Below are positions 8,582 to 18,462 of a stretch of 64,000 nucleotides of DNA, piece after piece. The stretch is from Candidatus Heimdallarchaeota archaeon (GTDB lineage: Archaea; Asgardarchaeota; Heimdallarchaeia; Heimdallarchaeales; Heimdallarchaeaceae), in contig JAEOSZ010000006.1 in assembly GCA_016840095.1 (NCBI GenBank), positions 29,200 to 93,199 on the forward strand, written 5' to 3'. Both the position numbers and the translations under genes were made by a program. The notes beneath the pieces were generated by a model, which was not told the DNA's origin, ran no database searches, and saw only the letters and a list, made by a program, of their open reading frames with translations. Position 1 is the first letter of the stretch; every line of letters starts with the position of its first letter.

Positions 8582-10396
8582 ATGACTAATCAAATAATAA
8601 AACTAGACAAGCTCACAATAAACAAAATAGCTGCAGGAGAAGTTATTGAACGTCCTGCATCTGTTGTTAAAGAACTTGTAGAGAATTCAATTGACGCTCA
8701 AAGTAGTAAAATTACAATTAATATTCAAGAGGGAGGAAAAAAACTTGCTGAAGTCATCGATGATGGAAGGGGGATGGTGCCTGATGATGCCAAGTTATCA
8801 ATTAACAGGTATACTACGAGCAAAATAAATAATGCAGATGATCTATTTTCAATTAACAGTTTGGGTTTTCGTGGAGAAGCACTAGCAAGTATTGTTAGCG
8901 TTGCTCAAGTTGAGATAATCACTAGAACAGAAGAATCAGAATTAGGAACTCACCTTATAATTGAAGGTGGAGAAGTAATTTCAGATAAACAGACATCTGC
9001 TCCAAAAGGAACTCGAATTAGTGTAAAAAATCTCTTCTACAATGTTCCAGTTAGAAGGAAGTTTCTGAAAACAATCTCAACAGAAATCAACCATATCACA
9101 GAATATGTTACTAGATTGGCACTTGCCTACCCAAGTATCTCCTTTACACTTACTCATAACGGTAAAAATATTCTTACGGCTCCTAAGGGTGATTTAATAT
9201 CGCAGATTACAGCTATTTTTGGAGAAAAAATAGCAAAAGCTTGTTTACCAATAAACAAAAAAGAAAATGAATATGCTGTTACAGGTTTTATCACTAAACC
9301 AGAATTTTCTAGAAAATCTAAAGATTATATGTATATTTTTGTTAACAGGAGAGCAATAACTAACAAAATTATATCTGATGCTATCTTACGTGGATATGGA
9401 ACATCAATTCCTCAAACTAGATTTCCAATAATTTTCCTCTATTTTGACCTACCAGCAGATGAAGTCGATGTCAATGTACATCCAACAAAAAAGGAGATTA
9501 GGTTCAGCGATGAATCTAAAGTATATGCTTTGATAGAATCTGCATCCAAAGAAACCTTGGAAAAGAGTGGTTTAAAAATCTTCGAAACAGTTATTGAAAC
9601 AAGGCATAAACCAACAACTCTTGCTTCTGTAGAATCAAAGAGATCTGGGTTTTTAAAAAGAGAAACATCAACCTCCCTAAGTTCAATGGACAAACCTGGT
9701 TTTATAATTACTAGAAGTAAAGAACAAAGAATAGATAAATTTCTACCTTCAAAAGATACAGCAGTAGAAACCAAAATTGAAAGTGTCAGTGCAAAGAAGA
9801 GTATTAGAGTATTAGGAATTATCAAAGATACTTATATTATTGCGGAAACTCAAGAAGGGTTATTTCTGTGTGATCAACATGCTGCTCACGAAAAAATTAA
9901 TTACGAAAAATATGTAAGGCAAATTAAAAAGAATAAGGTTTCCGTTCAGCAATTACTTGCACCTGTTTCGATTGGTCTTAAACCTTCAGAATTTGAAATG
10001 ATAGAGAGCATAAAAGAGAACCTCAAATCTTTTGGTTTTGACATAGAAATCTTTGGTAAAAATGAGATATTAATTAGATCTATTCCATCTATTATGGGAG
10101 TGTCAATAGAATTTGATACTGCAAAGGATATCATTGATATTTTCAAGGATAATGTTTCAGAAATAAAAGAAAAAATGGAACTAGAAGATTTAGAAGTTAT
10201 AAGGGACATCATTTCACTTTTTGCATGCAGAAGATCAATAAAAGCTGGAGATAAAATCACTTTAGAAAGAGCCGAATTAATTCTGAAAGAATTATTGGGA
10301 TTGGAGGAACCATTTACTTGTCCTCACGGAAGACCCACCATTATTATTCTAAATGAAGAATACATAGAAGAGCTTTTTAAAAGAGATTATAGATAG
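8582..10396 (+). CDS. mutL: DNA mismatch repair endonuclease MutL
   Basis: IAAGEVIERPASVVKELVENSIDA, GFRGEAL, DVNVHPTK, DQHAAHEKINYE, CPHGRP; probable start 8582 (ORF from 8546). Confidence 0.98.
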   Translation: MTNQIIKLDKLTINKIAAGEVIERPASVVKELVENSIDAQSSKITINIQEGGKKLAEVIDDGRGMVPDDAKLSINRYTTSKINNADDLFSINSLGFRGEALASIVSVAQVEIITRTEESELGTHLIIEGGEVISDKQTSAPKGTRISVKNLFYNVPVRRKFLKTISTEINHITEYVTRLALAYPSISFTLTHNGKNILTAPKGDLISQITAIFGEKIAKACLPINKKENEYAVTGFITKPEFSRKSKDYMYIFVNRRAITNKIISDAILRGYGTSIPQTRFPIIFLYFDLPADEVDVNVHPTKKEIRFSDESKVYALIESASKETLEKSGLKIFETVIETRHKPTTLASVESKRSGFLKRETSTSLSSMDKPGFIITRSKEQRIDKFLPSKDTAVETKIESVSAKKSIRVLGIIKDTYIIAETQEGLFLCDQHAAHEKINYEKYVRQIKKNKVSVQQLLAPVSIGLKPSEFEMIESIKENLKSFGFDIEIFGKNEILIRSIPSIMGVSIEFDTAKDIIDIFKDNVSEIKEKMELEDLEVIRDIISLFACRRSIKAGDKITLERAELILKELLGLEEPFTCPHGRPTIIILNEEYIEELFKRDYR

Positions 10397-10411
10397 GAGA
10401 AGTGGCAGATA

Positions 10412-10696
10412 ATGTTTGACAAAGCTAAAACCAAGGTTAAAGAATTCGTTGATAAAATTGATAGAGCAGCAGGAATTCAGCTCACAATGATTTTACTGAT
10501 TGTAGTTGCATATGGAGTTTTCTTGTCTGTACAAAAATTTCTTTTTGGATTTGAAGGATTCGCCACAAAAATAATCAGTGTAAATGTTTTATTAGCTGTT
10601 GGTATTTCAATCGAAATTGGTTACTTTATCTGGCACACAAACAAACAAGGTAAAGAGAAAAAACCTGTTTCTGATGAAAAAATTTTCAATGAGTAA
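10412..10696 (+). CDS. Small two-TM membrane protein
   Basis: 94 aa, two hydrophobic segments, 15 nt after the mutL stop. Confidence 0.7.
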   Translation: MFDKAKTKVKEFVDKIDRAAGIQLTMILLIVVAYGVFLSVQKFLFGFEGFATKIISVNVLLAVGISIEIGYFIWHTNKQGKEKKPVSDEKIFNE

Positions 10697-10722
10697 GGAA
10701 ATTTGAAGTGTTTTACTATTAA

Positions 10723-11124
10723 TTATTTTCTTTTTCTTCCATAGATTTCTTTGAGTTGTTGTTCAGTAAGCATTATGGGGATACTTTCTTTGATATCATA
10801 TTGATGATTCTCATCTTCTGGACAATATAGTTTCCCACTGATAATCTCAATTTGAAAGCATTTTTTGCAATCTTCCATTGTGACATTCTTCTTAATATCA
10901 TCCCCTAATTTTACTGTCTCTTCTCCACTATCGTTTATTTCAACTAGTTGAAATTGTTTATAATTACAATAAAAATTGCAAATAACCTCTGTTTGCTCAT
11001 TTTTCATAGGAAGTTGTATTTCTTCTGATATCATTTCTTCCTCATTTATTTCTAATTTTAGAGGCCAAGATTTATCGATTGGACATGCTAGTAAATCCAT
11101 TAATCTATGTTTCATTAAAGTCAC
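10723..11124 (-). CDS. trm112: Trm112 family methyltransferase activator, long form with Cys-rich insertion
   Basis: MKHRLMDLLACPIDKSWPL ... EIISGKLYCP ... YDIKESIPIML. Confidence 0.88.
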   Translation of the reverse strand: MTLMKHRLMDLLACPIDKSWPLKLEINEEEMISEEIQLPMKNEQTEVICNFYCNYKQFQLVEINDSGEETVKLGDDIKKNVTMEDCKKCFQIEIISGKLYCPEDENHQYDIKESIPIMLTEQQLKEIYGRKRK

Positions 11125-11185
11125 TCTTTAACAATTTAATATGAATGTTTCTTTTAAGATTTTATTTCCAAATTACTATTTTTCT

Positions 11186-11917
11186 CTATTTTTGCATTAT
11201 TTCAGTAATAAAATCATTATCCAGTTTCTCATAACGTTCTATTGACCCAATATCTTCCCAGTAAACATCTTCAGGAACATAAGCAGACATTTGTTCTTTT
11301 TCTGCAAATTGAGGAAAGATATCCTTTGATAAATCAATGCTTGTATTTGAATCAAACTCATTCAAATAGTTAAAAACAATTGGTTCTAAAATGCTAATTC
11401 CAGTATTAACCAATAATGGTAACTCAGGTTTCTCTATAAATTTAGTAACATTATTCTCTTGATCAACTTCAGCTGTTCCTACTCGTATTTTCCAACCTTT
11501 AGATGCAAAAATAGTTGCCCATTTTCCATGGTTATTGTGTGAGGTCAACATTTCTGTGAAGTTAACATTTGTTATTATATCTGAATAGTAGATTATCATT
11601 CTTCTTTTGTTTATGACCTCTTGAGCATTAAGCAATGCTGTACCTGTTCCAACAGGTCCAGGTTTGTCAGGAATATAAGTTAAATTCACCCCCAATTTCT
11701 CTCCATCTCCAAAATAGCCTTGTATCTGTTCTTTTTTGTAGTTCACAAGAAGGATGATATCACTCACACCGTGTTTTTTGAAATGTCTTAATACATATTC
11801 TAGAATAGGTACCTGATCTAACCCAATCGGCATCATTACTTTCTGCATGTAATAAGTTAAAGGTCTCATTCGAGTACCTTCTCCCCCACAGAAAAGAATT
11901 CCAACTGTATCTGTCAT
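11186..11917 (-). CDS. Sugar-phosphate nucleotidyltransferase (NTP_transferase family, no LbH domain)
   Basis: GGEGTRMRPLT...K, GTGTAL, FIEKP, WEDIGS. Confidence 0.92.
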   Translation of the reverse strand: MTDTVGILFCGGEGTRMRPLTYYMQKVMMPIGLDQVPILEYVLRHFKKHGVSDIILLVNYKKEQIQGYFGDGEKLGVNLTYIPDKPGPVGTGTALLNAQEVINKRRMIIYYSDIITNVNFTEMLTSHNNHGKWATIFASKGWKIRVGTAEVDQENNVTKFIEKPELPLLVNTGISILEPIVFNYLNEFDSNTSIDLSKDIFPQFAEKEQMSAYVPEDVYWEDIGSIERYEKLDNDFITEIMQK

Positions 11918-12047
11918 CTTAATGAAAGAGAAATAAGTTATTGATATTTGTTGTGCACTTTTGTAAGCGAAAGAACTATGTTTGTTTTGAAAATCGCTTT
12001 TTCAGCTTAAGAAATTCTTATTAACATAGAAAACGTGTATACAAATC

Positions 12048-12701
12048 ATGGATACAGTCAAAACATCTACACTGGATGAAATTGCACTTAAGCTTAGAGA
12101 ACACATCGATATGTCTTACTGGGCAGGAAGAGGTAATAGACAATCATTTAGAGAAGATGTCAAGAAACTTGTTGCAGAGGAAAAACTAACAAAAGATGAA
12201 TATAATTATCTACTTAAGAACGAAAGAAGGGTTCTAGTCAAAACTCAACTTATTCATTTAATTCCAGAGTTACAATCACAGGAAGTTTTTGAAAATACAT
12301 TAAAACACCTCTCCAATGTTGTATTTGGAAAAAAATACAAGGAAGCTGAAACAAAGAAAGGAGCATTAGAAAACGATATTATTAGGCAAATAGCTCAGCA
12401 CCTAAACGCAACTTTACATCCTCAGATATCAACTGTAAATGACGGATTTGGTTTGATTAAGCATCTTATTAATGAGAGTCCAGACATCTCTCAAGAACTT
12501 CTTAAAATTTCTAATCAACTAATTGAGATTAGAGATGCCCTCTTAGAAAAAGGTCATAGTCCAATGTTGCTTCGTGAAATTGAACAACTTTCTACAAAAC
12601 TAGTCTTTGCTTCTAAAAGCACTAATCCCGATGATATTCCAAGCAAAGAAGAAATTTTGAGTATGTTAAATGAAATCCAAATAAGCTCTGGAGTTGAGTA
12701 A
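12048..12701 (+). CDS. Hypothetical alpha-helical protein
   Basis: 217-aa ORF with ATG start, divergent from the nucleotidyltransferase; no motif recognised. Confidence 0.75.
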   Translation: MDTVKTSTLDEIALKLREHIDMSYWAGRGNRQSFREDVKKLVAEEKLTKDEYNYLLKNERRVLVKTQLIHLIPELQSQEVFENTLKHLSNVVFGKKYKEAETKKGALENDIIRQIAQHLNATLHPQISTVNDGFGLIKHLINESPDISQELLKISNQLIEIRDALLEKGHSPMLLREIEQLSTKLVFASKSTNPDDIPSKEEILSMLNEIQISSGVE

Positions 12702-12796
12702 AAACCTTACTTAATTCTTCTAATTTTATTCAGAATACACTACTTTGTTATAGTAATAATTTTAAATCGAAGGTTAGTTTCATTCTATAAGCCATT

Positions 12797-13978
12797 TTGG
12801 AGAGAAAAAAATTGAATTCCTATAAGATTATTGCTTCAGAATCAGTAACAGAAGGCCATCCTGATAAAATATGTGATCAAATTTCAGATGCAATTTTAGA
12901 TGCTATTTTAAGTGAAGATCCTAATGCACATGTCGCCTGTGAATGTTTTGTAACTACAGGATTAGTGTTAATTGGAGGAGAAATCACAACAACTAAACCT
13001 ATCATTATGGACTACGAGAAGGTTGTTAGAGATGTAATCAAAGAAATAGGCTATAATGATTCAAGAATAGGTTTTGATTACAGAGGTTGTGCAATTATTA
13101 ACATTATTCACTCACAATCGCCTGATATTGCTCAGGGAGTTAGAAGGAATGAAATTGAGGAACAAGGTGCTGGAGACCAAGGAATTATGTATGGTTATGC
13201 TACTAATGAAACACCTGAATTCATGCCTTTACCAATTGTTTTAGCCCATAAGTTAACACAAAAACTAACTGAAGTTAGGAAAAAGAAGATCTTACCTTTC
13301 TTAAGACCTGATGGAAAATCCTTAGTAGCAGTAGAGTATGAAAATGACATTCCATTCAGGATCGAAGCTGTTGTGATTGCAGCTCAACATACAGAAAAAG
13401 CCACTAATGAAGAGATAAGTGAGGGAATAAAGAAAGAAGTAATTGATAAAATAATCCCTCAAGATTTTATTGATGATAGAACAAAAATTTTCATAAATAG
13501 AACTGGTCGTTTTGTAACTGGAGGTCCTCATGGTGATGCAGGATTAACTGGGAGAAAGATTATTGTAGATACCTATGGGGGAGTAGATTCTCATGGAGGA
13601 GGAGCTTTTTCAGGAAAAGATCCTTCTAAAGTAGATAGATCTGCTTCATATGCAGCTAGATATACTGCTAAGAATGTTGTAGCAGCAGAATTAGCAGATA
13701 AGTGTGAAATACAAGTAGCCTATGCAATAGGTGAACCAGAACCATTAGCTGTTAATATCGAGTGTTTTGGAACCGAGAAGGTAGACATTAAAATTCTTAG
13801 AAAAGCTGTTTTGAAGGTTTTTGATTTCAAACCTGGAATAATAATAGACCATCTCAAACTAAAAAGACCGATATACAAAAAAACATCTTGTTACGGTCAT
13901 TTTGGAAGAAATTTACCAGAATTCACTTGGGAAAAAACTGATAAGATTGAAGAATTGAAAAAAGAAGTAAGTCTTTAA
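12797..13978 (+). CDS. metK: S-adenosylmethionine synthetase, bacterial/eukaryotic type
   Basis: [46 protein letters not shown]. Confidence 0.98.
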   Translation: MERKKLNSYKIIASESVTEGHPDKICDQISDAILDAILSEDPNAHVACECFVTTGLVLIGGEITTTKPIIMDYEKVVRDVIKEIGYNDSRIGFDYRGCAIINIIHSQSPDIAQGVRRNEIEEQGAGDQGIMYGYATNETPEFMPLPIVLAHKLTQKLTEVRKKKILPFLRPDGKSLVAVEYENDIPFRIEAVVIAAQHTEKATNEEISEGIKKEVIDKIIPQDFIDDRTKIFINRTGRFVTGGPHGDAGLTGRKIIVDTYGGVDSHGGGAFSGKDPSKVDRSASYAARYTAKNVVAAELADKCEIQVAYAIGEPEPLAVNIECFGTEKVDIKILRKAVLKVFDFKPGIIIDHLKLKRPIYKKTSCYGHFGRNLPEFTWEKTDKIEELKKEVSL

Positions 13979-14047
13979 AATTCATTCATTTCTTCTTTTT
14001 CGATTCAAAAACCTTTTTTTATTCTTTTACTTCTGTTGTTCGAAAGC

Positions 14048-14710
14048 ATGAAAAATAGTACAAGTTCCAGTGTTGAAAAAACAGTTCGAAAAATTCTTAC
14101 TGAAGAAAAACCTAAAACAGTAAGAAAACTTATTCAAAGGACACTAGAGCTTACAAAAGCAGAAGAAAAGCAAATCTATCAGATTATAAGAGATTTGGAA
14201 AGTAAAGAGGTAATCCAGCTTGGGGCACCAAAAATTACCAGAAAGTTACCTAAATCTATTTCTGAGTATTTATTTAAAATGAATTATTTTTCTATTGAAT
14301 TTTGGATCATTATAGGTTTCTGTGCCTCTTTCTTTCTTACAGTTCTATTAATTCCAGAAACCTCCCCAGTTCTTTTTATTAGAACTATATTTGGGGGTTT
14401 ATTCGGTATCTTGATACCAGGATGGGTAATAACTAGTTTCGTTTTTCCTAGATTAAATGAAGCAATTGATCAATATGAACGGATTTTGTATTCATTAGGA
14501 ATAAATGTTGGTATTCTGATTTTCTCAGGATTAATACTAAATCAAATTTGGGTAATAGAAACTCTTTCATTTGTCATAATTATAGGCTCGTTTACACTTT
14601 TTGCATTATTTTCAACTGTTTTTCTGAGGTTATTAATCAGCTCTGGAAAATTAACTTTTGATTTTTCGCAATCTAGAATAAACATATTCAGAAAGGGTGA
14701 TAAAAAATGA
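14048..14710 (+). CDS. DUF1616-like membrane protein with N-terminal winged-helix-like segment
   Basis: Basic N-terminal helical region, then 4 TMs with IPGW....FP...ID..ER..YS.G pattern. Confidence 0.7.
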   Translation: MKNSTSSSVEKTVRKILTEEKPKTVRKLIQRTLELTKAEEKQIYQIIRDLESKEVIQLGAPKITRKLPKSISEYLFKMNYFSIEFWIIIGFCASFFLTVLLIPETSPVLFIRTIFGGLFGILIPGWVITSFVFPRLNEAIDQYERILYSLGINVGILIFSGLILNQIWVIETLSFVIIIGSFTLFALFSTVFLRLLISSGKLTFDFSQSRINIFRKGDKK

Positions 14711-15231
14711 GGAAATATCGAAAAGCCATTCTGATTTTGTGGATTTTTGGTTTCACAATTATTATGTGTAATCAAGTTTGGATTGCTCAAAGTCAAACTG
14801 AACAGCAAGCGTCTGCAGCAATTCAAGAAGCTGAAAATAAACTTATTTATGCTTTAGAATTACTTGAAGATTTTCCAAACTATGATGTTGATTCACGCAA
14901 CATTATAATGCAAATTGATACTGCACGACAATTAATCAAAGAAGCTAAAGATAATTTTGATAGTAGTAATTTTACAGTTTCTTATCAGAAAGCTACTACA
15001 GCATCATTAGAGCTTGATACAATAATCGAAGAAATTCAGAATAAAACACAAACCCAAAGCCGAAATAAGACAATTATTTTTTCATTTGTGGGTGTGGTAT
15101 CTGGTTTTGCAGCAATTTTGTTTGGTTTCTTCTTCATAAACAAAATATATCCTTGGTTCGAAAAGAAGAAAATCGAGGAATATGGGAAGCTTGAGATTAA
15201 GTATGACAATTCAAGAGGTGATTCAAAATGA
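14707..15231 (+). CDS. Membrane-anchored helical-bundle protein
   Basis: Signal peptide, heptad-rich core, C-terminal TM; ATGA overlaps with both neighbours. Confidence 0.7.
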   Translation: MRKYRKAILILWIFGFTIIMCNQVWIAQSQTEQQASAAIQEAENKLIYALELLEDFPNYDVDSRNIIMQIDTARQLIKEAKDNFDSSNFTVSYQKATTASLELDTIIEEIQNKTQTQSRNKTIIFSFVGVVSGFAAILFGFFFINKIYPWFEKKKIEEYGKLEIKYDNSRGDSK

Positions 15232-15863
15232 CGAAGGAAAATAGAAAATTGATTAAGAAAATCAATTCAAAACTCTCTCAACGTCAAGTAAATAGACTAA
15301 TCACTCTATCAATAATCTTAGTGATTGTTGCATCTACACTTGGAATATCTTCCAGTATTTTCTTACACAAAACCACTGATGGATACTCTGAATTATCTCT
15401 TCTTATGTATGATAGTTTTTCAGAAACTTATGTGGCAGACAATTATCCTGAACAAATCTATTCTGATTCAAATGTTTCAGTTTATTTTATAGTCAAGAAT
15501 TATGAGAATGTTGTAATATATTACCAATTGCAAATAAAAATAGTAGAACTTACACAAAATGTTAGTTCACTGCAACCAATCCTTACATCTTCATCATTTA
15601 TTCTGTATGAAAACAATACTTTTGAAAAGATTATTTCTCCAGCTACAAACGCAGAAAAGAAAGAAACAGAATCCTTTGATGGAGATTTCTTATGGGGTCC
15701 AACCGAAATCATCTTGTTCATAAATTCTGAAGTTGTTAGTGGAATAGTGAGTCCCAATTTCCTCAAGATAGTTTTTGAACTCTGGGAATACAATACTAAA
15801 ACAAGTGAGTTCCAATATACTGGAATATTCACCTTTCTTGAATTGGATTACTGGGTGTTTTAA
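15228..15863 (+). CDS. DUF1616-like membrane-anchored extracellular beta-domain protein
   Basis: N-terminal TM, YSELSLL...ADNYP, V.NYE, KIVFELW.Y pattern. Confidence 0.7.
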   Translation: MTKENRKLIKKINSKLSQRQVNRLITLSIILVIVASTLGISSSIFLHKTTDGYSELSLLMYDSFSETYVADNYPEQIYSDSNVSVYFIVKNYENVVIYYQLQIKIVELTQNVSSLQPILTSSSFILYENNTFEKIISPATNAEKKETESFDGDFLWGPTEIILFINSEVVSGIVSPNFLKIVFELWEYNTKTSEFQYTGIFTFLELDYWVF

Positions 15864-16510
15864 TGGTAAGAATACTAATTTTATCTGATATCCATAGTCA
15901 AAACATTACATTAATCAACATCCTTCAATTTGTTGAAAAACTCAAAGATCCACCAGAATTTTGCTTAGTTGCTGGAGATATAACCAATTTTGGAACTACT
16001 GATGAGCTTAATAAAATTCTGAGAATAATTACTGATAGCTTAAGCAAAGTATTTTTCGTGCTTGGAAATTGTGATCCCTATATCATAAGAGAAGAACTTG
16101 AGACAAATGCAATCCATTTAGAATCTAATGTTCAGGAGATTGAGTTTTTCAAAGTTGTAGGTTTTGGAACTCATAAACCAAAATTAAATCAAAAAATACT
16201 AAATAAATTAAGAAAGTCAAATGAAAACGTTTGTTTACTTACACATGCTCCCCCATATAATACTCAAGCAGATATGGTATCGCTTAACAGACATGCTGGA
16301 TCTATTGATTTAAGAAAATTTATTGAGAAGAATTCTCACATATTTTTAGTAGTATCAGGTCACATTCACGATTCACCATCCATTACTAGCTTGAATAATT
16401 GTGCTATAGTTAATCCAGGCCCAGTAACTAGGGGTAACTTCGCAATCATAGAGATTAACCAAGATTTTCAAGTGGAAGGAGAGATATACAATTTACATGA
16501 GATGAAATAA
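15863..16510 (+). CDS. Calcineurin-like metallophosphoesterase (Icc-like)
   Basis: SDIH, AGDIT, GNCD, THAPP, GHIH, NPGP. Confidence 0.93.
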   Translation: MVRILILSDIHSQNITLINILQFVEKLKDPPEFCLVAGDITNFGTTDELNKILRIITDSLSKVFFVLGNCDPYIIREELETNAIHLESNVQEIEFFKVVGFGTHKPKLNQKILNKLRKSNENVCLLTHAPPYNTQADMVSLNRHAGSIDLRKFIEKNSHIFLVVSGHIHDSPSITSLNNCAIVNPGPVTRGNFAIIEINQDFQVEGEIYNLHEMK

Positions 16511-16512
16511 AG

Positions 16513-17175
16513 ATGATTGAAGAAAATTATAAGCTCAAGCATTTAACTGATTTAACTGAATTGAAGGAGGTATTTCAAAAAGCTCACGATTATGTAAGGG
16601 GGCAATTTAAACTTCATGAAGACAAGAAATCGCATTCATTTGATCACATAATTCGAGTAACAAATACCTGTTTGAAATTATCTCAAAAACTTGAAGCACA
16701 CGTGGATATACTCCTTCTTGCAGCAATTTTTCATGATGTAGGGAGACCTGTTGAAGAACTTAATGGAAGATGTCATGCTGAAGTAAGTGCAGAACTAGCT
16801 CGTGGATTTCTGGAAAAATTACATCTTTCTAAGTTGATAAATGAAGTAAATGAAGCAATACTTTCTCACAGATTCAGTAAAAAGATAGCTCCAAAAACTG
16901 TAGAAGCAAAAATATTACAAGACGCAGACGCACTAGATGCTCTTGGTGCAATAGGCCTCTATAGAACAATTAGTTTTAGTTGTGAGAGAGGACTTGATAT
17001 GCAAGAAGCATTGGTTCATTTTGATGAAAAACTCTTCAAACTACCCTCAAGGATGCATTTTTCAATAACAAAGCAGATTGCTGAGGACAAATGTACAATT
17101 CTTAGAGATTTTGTAAGAAAAACTGAACAAGAATTAAACAATTCTCATTTCAACGCATTTATTACTTCATTATAG
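16513..17175 (+). CDS. HD-domain phosphohydrolase (YedJ-like)
   Basis: HSFDHIIRV, FHDVGR, SHRFS, LQDADALDALGAIG. Confidence 0.93.
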   Translation: MIEENYKLKHLTDLTELKEVFQKAHDYVRGQFKLHEDKKSHSFDHIIRVTNTCLKLSQKLEAHVDILLLAAIFHDVGRPVEELNGRCHAEVSAELARGFLEKLHLSKLINEVNEAILSHRFSKKIAPKTVEAKILQDADALDALGAIGLYRTISFSCERGLDMQEALVHFDEKLFKLPSRMHFSITKQIAEDKCTILRDFVRKTEQELNNSHFNAFITSL

Positions 17176-17271
17176 TAAAAAATATTGAAGAAAGAATAAG
17201 GGTTCAAAGAAGAATTTTAAATATAGCTAACTTCATAGATTCTACTTGGATAAGACTCTAACGGTGAACTT

Positions 17272-17970
17272 ATGGCAACTATCGAAAACGGAAATATGGT
17301 AAACATCAACTATACTGGAAGAACAAAAGAAGATAACAAAGTATTTGATACCACATTCGAAAATATCGCGAAAAAAGAAGATGTTTTTGATGAAAAGGTA
17401 ATCTATAGACCTTTTACACTGATAATTGGAAAAAATTGGTTACCAGCTGGTCTAGAAGAAGAACTGGTAGGGATGAAGGAAGGACAGAAAAAAACAATAG
17501 AAGTTGAAGCTAAGAAGGGATTTGGTCTAAGGGACAGATCACAAATCAGGTTAATTCAAAGAAGAGAGTTTCAAAGACACCAAATTAAGCCAAAGGAAGA
17601 TATGAAGGTTGAGATTGGTGGTCAAACCGGTCGTATCCTAAAGGTTTCAAGTAGTAGAGTGAAAGTTGATTTTAATCACGATCTTGCAGGAATGGACTTA
17701 ATTTATGAAGTTGAGATAGTTAAAAAGATCACAGATGTAAAAGAACAGTTCATTTGCCTACTTGAGAAGAGGTTGCCAGGAGTTGATTTTTCAACAACTA
17801 AAATCGAAATTAAGGGGAAAATCATCGAAGTAGAATTACCAAAAGCTACTAGGTTCATGGAATATATACAGTTTACCAGAAATGGTGTTACTAGAGATTT
17901 GGGTGAAATAAGTACTAAATATGATAAAATCTCATTTATAGAACACTATGATATCGAGAAGAAGAAATAA
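17272..17970 (+). CDS. FKBP-type peptidyl-prolyl isomerase, archaeal long type (SlyD-like)
   Basis: YTGR...VFDTT, GLEEEL, VDFNHDLAG, C-terminal extension. Confidence 0.92.
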   Translation: MATIENGNMVNINYTGRTKEDNKVFDTTFENIAKKEDVFDEKVIYRPFTLIIGKNWLPAGLEEELVGMKEGQKKTIEVEAKKGFGLRDRSQIRLIQRREFQRHQIKPKEDMKVEIGGQTGRILKVSSSRVKVDFNHDLAGMDLIYEVEIVKKITDVKEQFICLLEKRLPGVDFSTTKIEIKGKIIEVELPKATRFMEYIQFTRNGVTRDLGEISTKYDKISFIEHYDIEKKK

Positions 17971-17976
17971 TAGTCT

Positions 17977-18432
17977 TCATTGTTCAATTTTATTCGCTTC
18001 AACTAGAACTAAATTATATCCAAGAGGACATTTGATATCTCTTTTTTTCTCAATAATTTTGATTTTAGAAGTCTGCATATACTTTAATGAAACGCAATAG
18101 TCGTAATTTTCACAAAGGACTTCATTACACTCAATTGGGTTTCTAGTGAGGATTAAATTTTCAAGGTATTTTTGATTTTCAACTGCCACTGTATCGTTTA
18201 TTTTCTTTACTTCACAAACAACCATAACGCCGTTATCAATTAAACAAGGATGCTCTTTACCTCTAACTTCAACAATTTCATATGAAGAACCTAATTCAAG
18301 CTGTTGAATACAAACTTGAATATATTGACATTTTTTGCATGTTTGGGTTCCTCCTTGATGAGAAAACTTGTAACCTACTTTAGCTACATCCTTAGGTATA
18401 AATGAAAGTGTCATTTCGGAGTAGATTAACAA
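17977..18432 (-). CDS. UPF0179 family Cys-rich protein
   Basis: AKVGYKF...CKKC....C, HPC, C....CENYDYC, CPLG; adjacent to egsA as in many archaea. Confidence 0.85.
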   Translation of the reverse strand: MLIYSEMTLSFIPKDVAKVGYKFSHQGGTQTCKKCQYIQVCIQQLELGSSYEIVEVRGKEHPCLIDNGVMVVCEVKKINDTVAVENQKYLENLILTRNPIECNEVLCENYDYCVSLKYMQTSKIKIIEKKRDIKCPLGYNLVLVEANKIEQ

Positions 18433-18462
18433 AATATATTCTTTAAGATTCGCAAAGGTGCG

